A DNA stretch of 58,091 bases from Candidatus Aminicenantes bacterium UBA647 (GTDB lineage: Bacteria; Acidobacteriota; Aminicenantia; UBA2199), in contig DBOL01000055.1 of the NCBI GenBank assembly GCA_002299555.1, forward strand, positions 1 through 58,091, in the 5' to 3' direction. The notes beneath the pieces are model-generated. The model worked only from the letters and a program-made list of their open reading frames with translations. It was not told the DNA's origin and ran no database searches. The position numbers and the translations under genes were made by a program. Positions 1 through 9,744 of this stretch are shown piece after piece. Position 1 is the stretch's first letter. Every line of letters starts with the position of its first letter.

Positions 1-1
1 C

Positions 2-853
2 CTTTTTTCTCTTCTTATATGGGGAAAGTTTGACAATTTTTTCCTTATCGTTATCATTTTTGCTTCTTTCTGGTTCACAGCTATCGGATTTGTCGATGAT
101 TATCTTAAAAGTATAAATGGCTCTTCTGATGCCGGAATGTCCAGAAGTCTTAAATTACTATTCCAGATTCTTTTCGGGATCATTTTATCAATATTGGTAT
201 TGTCTCCGGAATCCTCTCCATTTCCTGAAGAGCTTCTAACCAAACTTTATGTACCATTCTTCAAAAATCCGATCATTGACCTTTCATGGTTCTACTATGT
301 TTTCATTGTTTTGGTGGTCATAGGAATTTCTAATTCAATAAACTTTGCCGACGGTCTGGATGGTCTTGCTACAATTCCTGTAGTTTTTCTCTCTTTTGTT
401 TATGCAATATTTGCATATATAATCGGGAACTCAAAGGTTGCTGCATATCTATGGTATCCCTACATTGAGGGTTCAGGGGAGTTGGTTATTGTGCTGGCTT
501 CATTGATAGGGGCTCTTGCTGCATTTTTGTGGTTCAATACTTTCCCTGCTCAGATATTCATGGGTGATACAGGATCACTTTTTCTTGGTGGAGTGATTGC
601 AACTTCGGCAATACTATTGAAAAAAGAGATCATTTTTCTTATAGCCGGTGGTGTATTTGTCATTGAGTTCCTTACAGTTTTTATTCAGGACTATATCGGA
701 ATAAAGTTATTAAAACGACGAATATTTTACCGTGCTCCGATTCACCATACTTTCCAATTCCTCGGAGTTGCTGAATCAAAAATTGTTGTAAGGTTTTGGA
801 TAATTGCTGCGATGTTTACACTTGTAAGCCTTATCACTCTTAAACTCAGGTAA
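2..853 (+). CDS. mraY: Phospho-N-acetylmuramoyl-pentapeptide transferase, 5'-partial (frame open to the window edge)
   Basis: Frame 2 is open from base 2 and includes IGFVDDYLK. MraY motifs NFADGLDGLA, FMGDTGSL and APIHH are present in a polytopic membrane protein. Confidence 0.95.
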   Translation, partial: LFSLLIWGKFDNFFLIVIIFASFWFTAIGFVDDYLKSINGSSDAGMSRSLKLLFQILFGIILSILVLSPESSPFPEELLTKLYVPFFKNPIIDLSWFYYVFIVLVVIGISNSINFADGLDGLATIPVVFLSFVYAIFAYIIGNSKVAAYLWYPYIEGSGELVIVLASLIGALAAFLWFNTFPAQIFMGDTGSLFLGGVIATSAILLKKEIIFLIAGGVFVIEFLTVFIQDYIGIKLLKRRIFYRAPIHHTFQFLGVAESKIVVRFWIIAAMFTLVSLITLKLR

Positions 854-857
854 AAAT

Positions 858-1538
858 ATGGAACACATAAACTCAATAATTATTTTTTTAGGCAAGAATA
901 TTAAAAGTTTTTTTATTTCAATTTTGTTACGCTTTATTGTTTTTACTCTGATACTTACAATTTCAGTTGTTGCGTTCTTTTTAGCCGGCCCCCTTTTTAA
1001 GAATTCAGTTTGTTTTGCTATGATACTTTTACTCATTTTAATTATAAATCATCTTGTGAATCATAAAATATTTATTAAGCACACATTTTCTCTTATGGAA
1101 AGATACAGTGAAGATAGTGTTGAAAAAAATATCAAAGTGAAAAACAGTTCTGATCTTTTCGTAGATATAAAAAGAAAAAAAGTGCTCAGAAGTTTGTTAA
1201 GTTTAAAAACAATTCTTATGTTACCTGCAAAATTTTCCTTTTCCTTATCTTTTATTCTGAATAAATACAGGGCAGAAGGATCCTTTCACCAAAAAGAAAT
1301 TAAAGGTCTGCTTTTAGAACATTATAAACAGATAGTTATTGAAACATTAATAAGCCTGGCCATATCACTTCCATTTTTCCTTATCTCAATTGTGTTTACT
1401 GCAGGTTATGGTTCCGAGCTTTTGGTATTGTCACTGATCCTTGCTATGATATTTTTTTTGTTCATTAAATCCGCACTGATCACTCCAATATTTTATCTGA
1501 TAACTTTCAGGAATCTCCTTCAAAGGATAAGATCTTAA
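858..1538 (+). CDS. Hypothetical integral membrane protein
   Basis: 226-aa ORF with about 4 hydrophobic helices, starting 4 nt after the mraY stop. No motif recognised. Confidence 0.7.
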   Translation: MEHINSIIIFLGKNIKSFFISILLRFIVFTLILTISVVAFFLAGPLFKNSVCFAMILLLILIINHLVNHKIFIKHTFSLMERYSEDSVEKNIKVKNSSDLFVDIKRKKVLRSLLSLKTILMLPAKFSFSLSFILNKYRAEGSFHQKEIKGLLLEHYKQIVIETLISLAISLPFFLISIVFTAGYGSELLVLSLILAMIFFLFIKSALITPIFYLITFRNLLQRIRS

Positions 1539-1555
1539 TATAAAGGCTGATCACA

Positions 1556-2503
1556 CTATTGCTGATGGTTTCCTATCCACAGATCCGGATCCCATCCGTT
1601 CATGACAAACAGGCTTTCACCATTTATTATATTTCTTATATGTATTCTTGAATTCCCCCGGCTACCGAACATATGAACAGCAAACTCTTCATCATTTGAC
1701 CAATTCAGTCTATAGATCTCTTCCTTCTCAGGAGCTTTAAGGGCTTTTACAAACTGCCCGTCTTTGACATTATGGAGATTGTATCTGAAATGGGGAGCAG
1801 GTAACCATGCAGCGTAATTAAGTGGAGAAGCACATGGCCTGCAATTTTGACCTGAAGAGATCTTTATACCTTTGTTATTGCTGGAGAGTTCAGCAACGAA
1901 AATATCTTTCCCATTATTGTAAACTATATATTTACCATCACCGGTAAGCTCACAATGTTTGTCGATCACAGGAAATGGAAAGATTTCTATTACGATCTCA
2001 GGATCATCAATCTTCACTGCAATGCCCGTTCCTGCCTTTGACGGGCCGAAAATATAATTCTTCTCATTAAGTACAATAATACTCCACCTTGTCTCCTTGG
2101 AAGTATCCATCTTTCTATTGCTGATCATGACCTTTTTTCCATGCTCATCAGCAATAAAGATATTCCCCGAATACCTGTAAACAAAAAAAGATCCATCCGG
2201 AGACCAGAAAGGCCTCGGTGTTTTCCCTCTTTTCCACCGTCCTTTACCCCCTTCAACCACAATCCCTTTCAGTTTTTTAACAATCCCATCGTTAAGAGAC
2301 ATTATCATCAAATGGGGAGGGTTTGAATATAAAAGCTTCCCCTCTCTTCCCCGGGCAAACTTTGTCCATTTTCTCCCTATATCAGATGATCCTGAAGTGA
2401 TATTCCCTGTTTCTTCCTTTTTTATTCCTGAATTAAGAAGGAAAAAGAGAATAAGAACCGTGCCGGAAAGAAATAGCAAAGAGAACCTTATATAGCGTTT
2501 CAT
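1556..2503 (-). CDS. Membrane-anchored or exported protein, probable TolB/PD40-like beta-propeller
   Basis: N-terminal hydrophobic anchor; repeats PFWSPDGS, ELTGDGK, LNWSNDEE and C-terminal WDPDLW resemble PD40-type blades. Confidence 0.6.
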   Translation of the reverse strand: MKRYIRFSLLFLSGTVLILFFLLNSGIKKEETGNITSGSSDIGRKWTKFARGREGKLLYSNPPHLMIMSLNDGIVKKLKGIVVEGGKGRWKRGKTPRPFWSPDGSFFVYRYSGNIFIADEHGKKVMISNRKMDTSKETRWSIIVLNEKNYIFGPSKAGTGIAVKIDDPEIVIEIFPFPVIDKHCELTGDGKYIVYNNGKDIFVAELSSNNKGIKISSGQNCRPCASPLNYAAWLPAPHFRYNLHNVKDGQFVKALKAPEKEEIYRLNWSNDEEFAVHMFGSRGNSRIHIRNIINGESLFVMNGWDPDLWIGNHQQ

Positions 2504-2511
2504 TATTAACG

Positions 2512-2540
2512 AATTTAAACTAATTGAACCGCAAAGTCAA
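2512..2540 (-). promoter_or_regulatory. Sigma70-type promoter TTGACT-17-TAAATT
   Basis: -35 at 2540-2535, -10 at 2517-2512, 17-bp spacer. It ends 8 nt before the ATG at 2503. Confidence 0.55.
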
Positions 2541-2550
2541 TCGTTAAATA

Positions 2551-2578
2551 TTGACAATCGGTACATTCCTGTTATGAT
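2551..2578 (+). promoter_or_regulatory. Sigma70-type promoter TTGACA-16-TATGAT with extended -10 (TGn)
   Basis: Perfect -35 at 2551-2556, TG at 2570-2571, TATGAT at 2573-2578, ATG at 2584. Confidence 0.7.
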
Positions 2579-2583
2579 GGAAT

Positions 2584-2973
2584 ATGGATAAAATTATCAA
2601 AAACATTGTACTTATTGGCGCTTCAGCGAATAAATCAAAGTATGGAAATATAATTTTAAATGACCTTTTGAGCAAAGGATATATTGTATTCCCGGTCCAT
2701 CCTGCCCTTGAAAACATTGATGGACTCAAAGTTTTTAAAACTCCCGAAGAAATATCAGAGGATATTGACCTGTTTGTTTTTGTTATCCCTTCTTTAGCAG
2801 GGCTTGAAGTAACCAAAAGACTTTATAGTAAAGGTCACAGAAAATTCTGGTATCAGCCTGGTGCTGAAAGCAACGAAATATCTGAATTCTTAAAAGGTGA
2901 CCCTTTAGTTAAATTCAGTACAATCAGCTGTATAATGGTCAAGACTTCGGAGGAAGGTGACCTCGTTTTCTAA
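2584..2973 (+). CDS. CoA-binding protein (YccU-like)
   Basis: VLIGASANKSKYGN...VFPVHP...WYQPGAES...CIM matches the CoA_binding_2 family pattern. Confidence 0.9.
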   Translation: MDKIIKNIVLIGASANKSKYGNIILNDLLSKGYIVFPVHPALENIDGLKVFKTPEEISEDIDLFVFVIPSLAGLEVTKRLYSKGHRKFWYQPGAESNEISEFLKGDPLVKFSTISCIMVKTSEEGDLVF

Positions 2974-2986
2974 TAAAAGTGATAAT

Positions 2987-5227
2987 ATGAGCAAAAACAT
3001 TTTCAATATTTTCCTGATCTCTTTACTTTTCACACTCAATCTCATCCCTTCCGAGAGAATCTTTGACTGGCCGCTTAAGATCAACAATGGCTATAGCTCA
3101 TCTTTCCAGGAGTTCCGTTCAGGTCATTTCCATGGTGGTATTGATCTGAGGACATTTCAAAAGACCGGATACACTGTGCATGCAGTCCAGGAAGGTCATA
3201 TATACAAAATCCGTTATGTAAGGAGAGGTAGTGGAAAAGGTATTTATATTAAACATCAGAACGGCCTTAGTTCGATTTACTTCCATTTAAAAGGTTTTAC
3301 CGGACCCGTTGAGAAAATAATAAAGAAGCTTCAGCGAATTAAAAAAAAGAAATATTTCGGGAATTATATTCTTCAAAGACCAATTCATGTACAAAAAGGG
3401 GACCTGATCGGCTATTCAGGCGAGACCGGGAGTGGATTCCCACATTTGCATCTTGAAATACGTGATAAAGAAAATGCTCTTTTAAATCCTTTCAGGCTTA
3501 TCAATTTCATAACTAAAGACAAAAACTTACCGATATTGCGAAAGTTATTGATACGAACTATAAAAGACTCATCAATTAACGGAAGAGTAGGGGAGTTCGG
3601 ATTTGCATTTGTAAAAGAAAATGGCGGGAATTATAAAATTCCTGAGAAAATATATATTAACGGTGAATGTGAATTCATACTTAATACTTTCGATATTTCA
3701 GATTCAGGAAAACATGTTGCGCCTTCCAGGATTGAGTTTTTTCTTAATGGAGAAGAAATTTACAATATTGAATTTACACGTTTCACGTATGATGATAATA
3801 ACCAATTAGGATTTGTTTATGACATGTTGTTCTCATCCTCAAGTTCATATTTTTTTAACCTTTTCAACCAGAAAGGATTTGCTTTATCAAAGGAGAGCAA
3901 AACTTCAAAGAATATTTTCAAGTTGACCAGGCCAGGAATAAACAATTTCAAAGTAAATATTTATGATAATTTCAACAATGTTACTACCGGGAGATTTTCG
4001 ATCTTCAGATCTTCTGATCCCGTAATAAATATTGGAGCTTCCGGGCTTGATGATCGAGGGACACACTTAAATATTACAGAGTTTCATCAGGGAACATCTT
4101 CAAAGGTGACATTATCAATATTTGATAAAAATTCCTCCCTGGTATTTAGCAAAAATTTGAAAATCAGTGACATAATAAAAAATGGGACTCTGGAAATCCC
4201 TGAAAACTTAAAAGAGAAGTATTTTTTAGCTGAGTTTACATTTTATCACGGTGACAGGTTGATAACAAAAAAAAGTTTCACATTTAATAATCATGACCTG
4301 AACTTTATAACTAACCTGAAGATCGACAAATTTATAAATAGAAACAGTGTTACTATCAGATTAAAAGGACACCATATTGGATCAAACAATATTATTCTCG
4401 AAGTAATTCAGGGTAATGATAGAAAAGTGTTATTTCCCCAAAATGATTCCATTGGAATATTTTTTAATTTTGAGCCTTTAAATTTCGAAAATGAAGTGAA
4501 TCTGAATTTTTCATTTTTTAATAATCGCAAGTTAACTGCTCAGATACAGAAAAAGATCAACTTGATAAAAATTTCTGATGGCATTGAACAGGTTTTTAGT
4601 CTTAATGATCTTAAGATCAACTTCGCAAAACGATCTGTAAGAGAAGATAAAGTGATTCTGGTTGAGAACGTGTCCCACCTTTCATCATTTCCGGTTCTCT
4701 CTCCTCAATACAGGATTTATCCTCACACATTTCCTTTTCTGGATAGTGTTCATATAAAGTTCAAAAGTTTAGAAAAAGATCCTGAACAGATAGGCATATT
4801 CAAATATTCACTTAAAAGTAAAAAATGGTATTACATAGCGACATCTGTAAAAAAGAGTGAAGGGCTTTTTACTTCCAGGATATTAACAACCGGAATATTT
4901 TCTCTTATGAGAGATATTTACAAACCGGAGATCTACTTTAAACGACCTCGTAAATTAACAGGAAATGATCTTCACCTGTTCAAAATTATTATCACTGACA
5001 AAGGGAAGGGTGTAGATGACAACGAGATCAGGGCTATTTTGAACGGGATACCGGTTTTGTCAGAATATGATCCTGACTGGAACACACTTAATATAGAAAA
5101 TTTCAGTGCTAAGGTTAAAAATGGTTGGAACAAACTTAAAATAAGCCTGAAAGATCGTGCAGGGAACTATTCTTCGAAAGAGACCCGGTTCAAAGTTGAA
5201 AAGTTTGACCGGAATCAGATATTGTAA
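2987..5227 (+). CDS. M23 family metallopeptidase with large C-terminal extension
   Basis: HGGIDL (HxxxD) and PHLHLE (HxH) zinc motifs. The ATG at 2987 gives a signal-peptide-like N-terminus. Confidence 0.85.
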   Translation: MSKNIFNIFLISLLFTLNLIPSERIFDWPLKINNGYSSSFQEFRSGHFHGGIDLRTFQKTGYTVHAVQEGHIYKIRYVRRGSGKGIYIKHQNGLSSIYFHLKGFTGPVEKIIKKLQRIKKKKYFGNYILQRPIHVQKGDLIGYSGETGSGFPHLHLEIRDKENALLNPFRLINFITKDKNLPILRKLLIRTIKDSSINGRVGEFGFAFVKENGGNYKIPEKIYINGECEFILNTFDISDSGKHVAPSRIEFFLNGEEIYNIEFTRFTYDDNNQLGFVYDMLFSSSSSYFFNLFNQKGFALSKESKTSKNIFKLTRPGINNFKVNIYDNFNNVTTGRFSIFRSSDPVINIGASGLDDRGTHLNITEFHQGTSSKVTLSIFDKNSSLVFSKNLKISDIIKNGTLEIPENLKEKYFLAEFTFYHGDRLITKKSFTFNNHDLNFITNLKIDKFINRNSVTIRLKGHHIGSNNIILEVIQGNDRKVLFPQNDSIGIFFNFEPLNFENEVNLNFSFFNNRKLTAQIQKKINLIKISDGIEQVFSLNDLKINFAKRSVREDKVILVENVSHLSSFPVLSPQYRIYPHTFPFLDSVHIKFKSLEKDPEQIGIFKYSLKSKKWYYIATSVKKSEGLFTSRILTTGIFSLMRDIYKPEIYFKRPRKLTGNDLHLFKIIITDKGKGVDDNEIRAILNGIPVLSEYDPDWNTLNIENFSAKVKNGWNKLKISLKDRAGNYSSKETRFKVEKFDRNQIL

Positions 5228-5233
5228 TACTAT
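5205..5233 (+). promoter_or_regulatory. Internal sigma70-type promoter TTGACC-17-TACTAT
   Basis: -35 at 5205-5210 inside the M23 3' end, -10 at 5228-5233, ATG at 5239. Confidence 0.5.
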
Positions 5234-5238
5234 AATTG

Positions 5239-6117
5239 ATGCTCAAAAAACAAATCTCCATCTTGCTCATATTATTTCTTTGTCTTAATTTATCTCCTGT
5301 TTTCGGGTCTGAATCTTATAAAACTGATGATCCCGAAATCGAGAAAAGTAAAAAAGAAGAAAATGTAAATGAACCTTTTTTCAAGGCCATTCTTGAAGAT
5401 GAGGGCGAAATATGGACAGCACCTCTTAGATTCTCTTTGAAAGATTGGGCCCTCGTTGCAGGAATGTCAGTTTTCACTGGTTATCTGATCTCAAATGATG
5501 AATCAATATACAATAGATTTAAATCTTATCAGAATAAGAACAAGTGGGTTGATGATGTCAGTCCCATAATGACCATCCTTGGAGATGGCAATGTAAGCCT
5601 TGGTGTTTCCGGACTTTTCTATCTTTCGGGTTTTCTGATCAAAGACGAAAAGGCAAAAGATACAGGAAAACTTTTATTGATGAGCCTGATTCATTCAGGG
5701 GTTGTGGTTCAGCTGTTAAAACATCTGACCGGAAGACAAAGGCCAGAGGCGGAAAAAGGAGTTGATAGATGGGATGGACCTTCAGGTTTTTTTAAAAGAT
5801 ATAAAGATAACAGGGATATGTACTACGATTCATTCCCTTCAGGGCATACAATCACTGTATGGTCGACTGCTACAGTTATTGCTCACCAATACAATAAATC
5901 CGTCATTATACCTATCTTGAGTTACGGGCTGGCTACTTTGTCAGGTTTATCAAGGATAACTGAGGATACGCATTGGTTGTCTGATGTATTTGTAGGTGCA
6001 GTTCTCGGCTTTGCTATCGGGAAATTTATTTATAAAAAAAGATCCAGAAAATTTATGATTATGCCATTGATTGAGAATGGGAAGACCGGCATAAATGTCG
6101 GCTTTAAATTAAGGTAA
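5239..6117 (+). CDS. PAP2 family phosphatase
   Basis: The three PAP2 motifs KHLTGRQRP, SFPSGH and SRITEDTHWLSDV are present, with a signal peptide. Confidence 0.92.
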   Translation: MLKKQISILLILFLCLNLSPVFGSESYKTDDPEIEKSKKEENVNEPFFKAILEDEGEIWTAPLRFSLKDWALVAGMSVFTGYLISNDESIYNRFKSYQNKNKWVDDVSPIMTILGDGNVSLGVSGLFYLSGFLIKDEKAKDTGKLLLMSLIHSGVVVQLLKHLTGRQRPEAEKGVDRWDGPSGFFKRYKDNRDMYYDSFPSGHTITVWSTATVIAHQYNKSVIIPILSYGLATLSGLSRITEDTHWLSDVFVGAVLGFAIGKFIYKKRSRKFMIMPLIENGKTGINVGFKLR

Positions 6118-6123
6118 ATATAT

Positions 6124-8496
6124 ATGAAAAATATCCAATTAATTCTACTAATGATCGTCTTTATTATCCCTTTGCCCGGGAGCGAAACCAGTTCAAAATC
6201 ATATAATACATTCGATTTTGATGAGTTTATGTTCAGGTATCTCCCCGGAACAATTTTCCCGAATTTTTTTCTCGAGAATTACGCACCGGATGTTACACTG
6301 ATGGTAGAAGAGAATAATAGTTTCTCTCATATTGATAACCCCAGAGTGTATTTCGAGGGTGAATCATATATCAACTTTAACTGGAACTATGATGGCTTTA
6401 ATATAAATTCAGCTATTGATCCCGGCCGATCTGCTATAATTTTCCCTTTCTCCACATATTCCGATTATTCAGTTAAAGGGATGTCAGCAGCAGTTAGCTA
6501 CCCCGGACTTCATATAACTTCAACTGATCATGTTGACAACTATTCTCGTGGGATAATATCATCCGTTTATTCTGATCTGGGATCATACACTCCACTTGGA
6601 CCTGTAATGATCCAGCCGGAACACCCGTCTTTAAGGGATGAGATGCTTTATTCAACAAGAAGAAGAATCGATAATAGTTATTTTATTGATTATATGATCA
6701 ACAGAAAACTTGCAGGAGGAAATATCACACTTGGAGTGGATAATTATTACATTAAAAGAGATTTTAACGATTTCAACAAAATTGATGAACAATTCTCTGA
6801 GAATGGAAATTACCTGATATTCAGCCTTAAATACAAAAAAGATACAAAATACGGGACTTATGAGATACTCGGGGGGATAAATTCCCTGAAAAGAGATAAT
6901 GTCTATGCTGAACTTGGCAGGCTGCCTCAAGAGACAATCAAAAATACACTCAATTCTTTTATCACAGGTTTTAAATATAATAGCAAAAAATTCACTTTTC
7001 TTGCCTCCTTTATTCATGAAAATTCTGATAATGACCCGGCTACACCCAACCATTCTATTGATATTTTTGATAATGACGGAGATGATATTTTTGCACTTAA
7101 TAAATACGGGAGATTGTCTTCTGAGATATTTTCATCTGAATTAACCTATTCTGTTTTTAATAATACAAAACTTGATCTCAGGTTTTTCGGTACATCCAGG
7201 TTAAGTGTCCTCTCTTCTGATGAATATACTGATGAAAATAATACTTTTTTTGCAGGTAATGACCCTTATCAGGTTATTTTGTGGGAAAAAGGTAATGAAT
7301 ATACAAATACAAATTTTAATTTAAATACAGGATTCAGGTTCAATTGGTCGCTAAATGACAGTTCGGTTTTAACAGGCAGTGTATATATGGGAATATCCAG
7401 TCTGGGTTTTACTCTCAAAGAAAATAATATAAGTTTTATCGATGCAGGTTTTAACCTCGGGTTCTTTACTTCTGGCAGATCATCTTCATTTTATCTGAGT
7501 GCAGGAAGAACACCAGGAAAACTTAAGGAGAACATGAATTATTTCCTTGAAAGGTCGGGAGCTTCCGGGTCTATCCATTATTGGACGGATATCAATAATG
7601 ATAACCTGTATCAGGCAGGGGAGGAGACATCATTATACGGCTATACGGGCGGGAGTTATCACACAATTGATACGGATATAAAGAATCCCGTTACAAATAG
7701 TTTGTTATTACTCTATTCGAAAAAAATGTCCGGTAATTTTGTATTTAATCTTAAAGCTCTTTTTAAACAAATCCTCAACAATCCCTGGGTAGAATTTGAT
7801 GGTGATAATGGCTATTATCAGAATATAAACGGAGTAGACCTTTTCTTTGTTGATTCGCCGATAGACAAATTTTCTCTGACAAATGCCCAGTTCGAGAAAG
7901 ACCCTTTTTATGCTGAACTACTTCTGAATTTTACAGGAAAGGTAAATGACAGATGGTTCTTTTCATTTTCCTTTATGGCACATATGGGGATGGGATATAC
8001 TTCCTTCGGTAATGGCCCTAATTCGAATGATATAGGTATTCTGAACGAATCGATGGCCAATCCGAATTCATGGATCAACGGATACGGGAGGGTTGATGGT
8101 GACAGAGGATTTGTGTCAAAATTGTATTTCGGATATTTCCTTTCAAAAAAACTCTTCCTTGGAGTCAGTATAAAATACAGGGATGGTAACCCCTTCGCTT
8201 TTCTCAACAGAGAGTACAATGATGGACAATGGATCTTGTATTACAAGACAATTCAGGCTGAAGATGAAAGGGGGATCAAAGGAGGACCAAGGGAAGACTA
8301 TGTGTCCGATATTAGTTTGAAGTTATCTTATTCTTTCAGGCTATTCAGAAAAAATGCTTCTCTCGGGCTGTCATTCTTCAATGTTCTTGATTTCGGTAGT
8401 GAGATCTCAGAATATGTTTTTTCAGGAGGGGAAAGGTATTCGATGGAATTACAAATACCGAAAAGTATCAGATTGAACCTTTCTTTCGAACTTTGA
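6124..8496 (+). CDS. Large outer-membrane beta-barrel, TonB-dependent receptor (Oar)-like
   Basis: Signal peptide, amphipathic beta-strand pattern, WTDINNDNLYQAGE calcium-loop-like motif and terminal strand IRLNLSFEL. Confidence 0.6.
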   Translation: MKNIQLILLMIVFIIPLPGSETSSKSYNTFDFDEFMFRYLPGTIFPNFFLENYAPDVTLMVEENNSFSHIDNPRVYFEGESYINFNWNYDGFNINSAIDPGRSAIIFPFSTYSDYSVKGMSAAVSYPGLHITSTDHVDNYSRGIISSVYSDLGSYTPLGPVMIQPEHPSLRDEMLYSTRRRIDNSYFIDYMINRKLAGGNITLGVDNYYIKRDFNDFNKIDEQFSENGNYLIFSLKYKKDTKYGTYEILGGINSLKRDNVYAELGRLPQETIKNTLNSFITGFKYNSKKFTFLASFIHENSDNDPATPNHSIDIFDNDGDDIFALNKYGRLSSEIFSSELTYSVFNNTKLDLRFFGTSRLSVLSSDEYTDENNTFFAGNDPYQVILWEKGNEYTNTNFNLNTGFRFNWSLNDSSVLTGSVYMGISSLGFTLKENNISFIDAGFNLGFFTSGRSSSFYLSAGRTPGKLKENMNYFLERSGASGSIHYWTDINNDNLYQAGEETSLYGYTGGSYHTIDTDIKNPVTNSLLLLYSKKMSGNFVFNLKALFKQILNNPWVEFDGDNGYYQNINGVDLFFVDSPIDKFSLTNAQFEKDPFYAELLLNFTGKVNDRWFFSFSFMAHMGMGYTSFGNGPNSNDIGILNESMANPNSWINGYGRVDGDRGFVSKLYFGYFLSKKLFLGVSIKYRDGNPFAFLNREYNDGQWILYYKTIQAEDERGIKGGPREDYVSDISLKLSYSFRLFRKNASLGLSFFNVLDFGSEISEYVFSGGERYSMELQIPKSIRLNLSFEL

Positions 8497-8521
8497 TTTG
8501 CGAGTTCTTCTGTGCTAGAAT
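8493..8521 (+). promoter_or_regulatory. Promoter of tatA-tatC, TTGATT-17-TAGAAT with extended -10
   Basis: -35 at 8493-8498, TG at 8513-8514, -10 at 8516-8521. Confidence 0.5.
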
Positions 8522-8589
8522 CTTCTTATAGAGTAAAATTTGAATTTAACAATATTTAATATAAATCAATTAAGAATAGTAGAGGTAAT

Positions 8590-8943
8590 ATGTTCGGATC
8601 AATAGGTTTCCCAGAGATCGTAATGATAATGCTTGTCGTGTTAATGTTGTTTGGCCCAAAAAAAATGCCTGAAATAGCCAAACTTCTCGGTAATACTCTC
8701 AGAGAATTTAAACGGACAATTAATGATGCAAAATCTACGATCCAGGAAGAGATCGATAAAGCAGATATAGGTGAGGATCTTAAAAGCATTAAGAAAGACA
8801 TTAGTGAAGTTACAAATCTTGAAAAAAGTTTGAAGACCTCAATTAAAGAAGAGTTTAAAAAATTTGATATTACCGAAGATGTAGTGAAAACAAAAAAGGA
8901 GATAGAGAAAGCGGTGGAGGATGACGATGACATCAAAGTTTAG
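8590..8943 (+). CDS. tatA: Twin-arginine translocase TatA/TatB subunit
   Basis: [23 protein letters not shown]...REFK pattern with a charged tail, directly upstream of tatC. Confidence 0.9.
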   Translation: MFGSIGFPEIVMIMLVVLMLFGPKKMPEIAKLLGNTLREFKRTINDAKSTIQEEIDKADIGEDLKSIKKDISEVTNLEKSLKTSIKEEFKKFDITEDVVKTKKEIEKAVEDDDDIKV

Positions 8944-9688
8944 TGATATGTCATTTTTCGATCATCTTGGTGAGTTAAGGAAAAGAATTCTCCTCTCCTT
9001 CGTTTTTATCCTCGTGTTCTTCCTGGTATCATGGACCTTTGTCGACAAACTTTATCATTGGTTTTCGATCCCCGTTCTTCAATTCCTCCCGGCAGGTGAA
9101 AAACTTGCTTTTACATCTCTGACAGAGCCATTTATGATGTACATCAAAATTGCATTCATCTCCGGTGCGTTCATTTCGTCTCCGTTCATTTTCTATCAAT
9201 TGTGGGCATTTATTACTCCCGGACTATATAATAATGAAAAGAAGATGGTAGTACCATTCGTTTTTTTCACAACCTTTTTTTTCATTCTCGGAGGGGCTTT
9301 CGGTTATTATGCTATTTTCCCATGGGCATGCAAATTCTTTCTCGAGGTTGGATCAGACTTTAATGCCATAATCACTATAAATGACTATTTTTCACTTGCT
9401 TTTAGAGTATTAATTGGCATTTCATTAATATTTGAGTTGCCGGTACTATCATTCTTACTTGCAAAAATGGGAATAATCAATTCAAAGTTCCTTATTAAAC
9501 ACTTTAAATATGCAATAGTGCTGATATTCGTTATTGCTGCCGTGATCACACCAACACCTGATATCATTACCCAATCCATGTTTGCCATTCCGATGATGCT
9601 CTTGTATTTATTGAGTGTGTTAATTGTAAAGATCGTTGGTCCGAAAGAAGAAAAAGAGAAGTCAAAAAAAAAGGCTGACAAAGCCTGA
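8927..9688 (+). CDS. tatC: Twin-arginine translocase TatC
   Basis: [25 protein letters not shown] and AAVITPTPD motifs. The GGAGG SD fits the ATG at 8927. Confidence 0.96.
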   Translation: MTSKFSDMSFFDHLGELRKRILLSFVFILVFFLVSWTFVDKLYHWFSIPVLQFLPAGEKLAFTSLTEPFMMYIKIAFISGAFISSPFIFYQLWAFITPGLYNNEKKMVVPFVFFTTFFFILGGAFGYYAIFPWACKFFLEVGSDFNAIITINDYFSLAFRVLIGISLIFELPVLSFLLAKMGIINSKFLIKHFKYAIVLIFVIAAVITPTPDIITQSMFAIPMMLLYLLSVLIVKIVGPKEEKEKSKKKADKA

Positions 9689-9744
9689 TAAGTATCAGTC
9701 GAAGCCAGCCTTCAAAGTATGCTTATAGTTTAAAAAAATAAATA

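Noticed and set aside
9038-9049. TTTGTCGACAAA palindrome in tatC, a half-site of the parAB palindrome
   Set aside because: It is a single half-site within a coding sequence and could be chance.
8590-9688. Tat substrates encoded next to tatAC
   Set aside because: No RRxFLK-type signal was recognised in neighbouring exported proteins.
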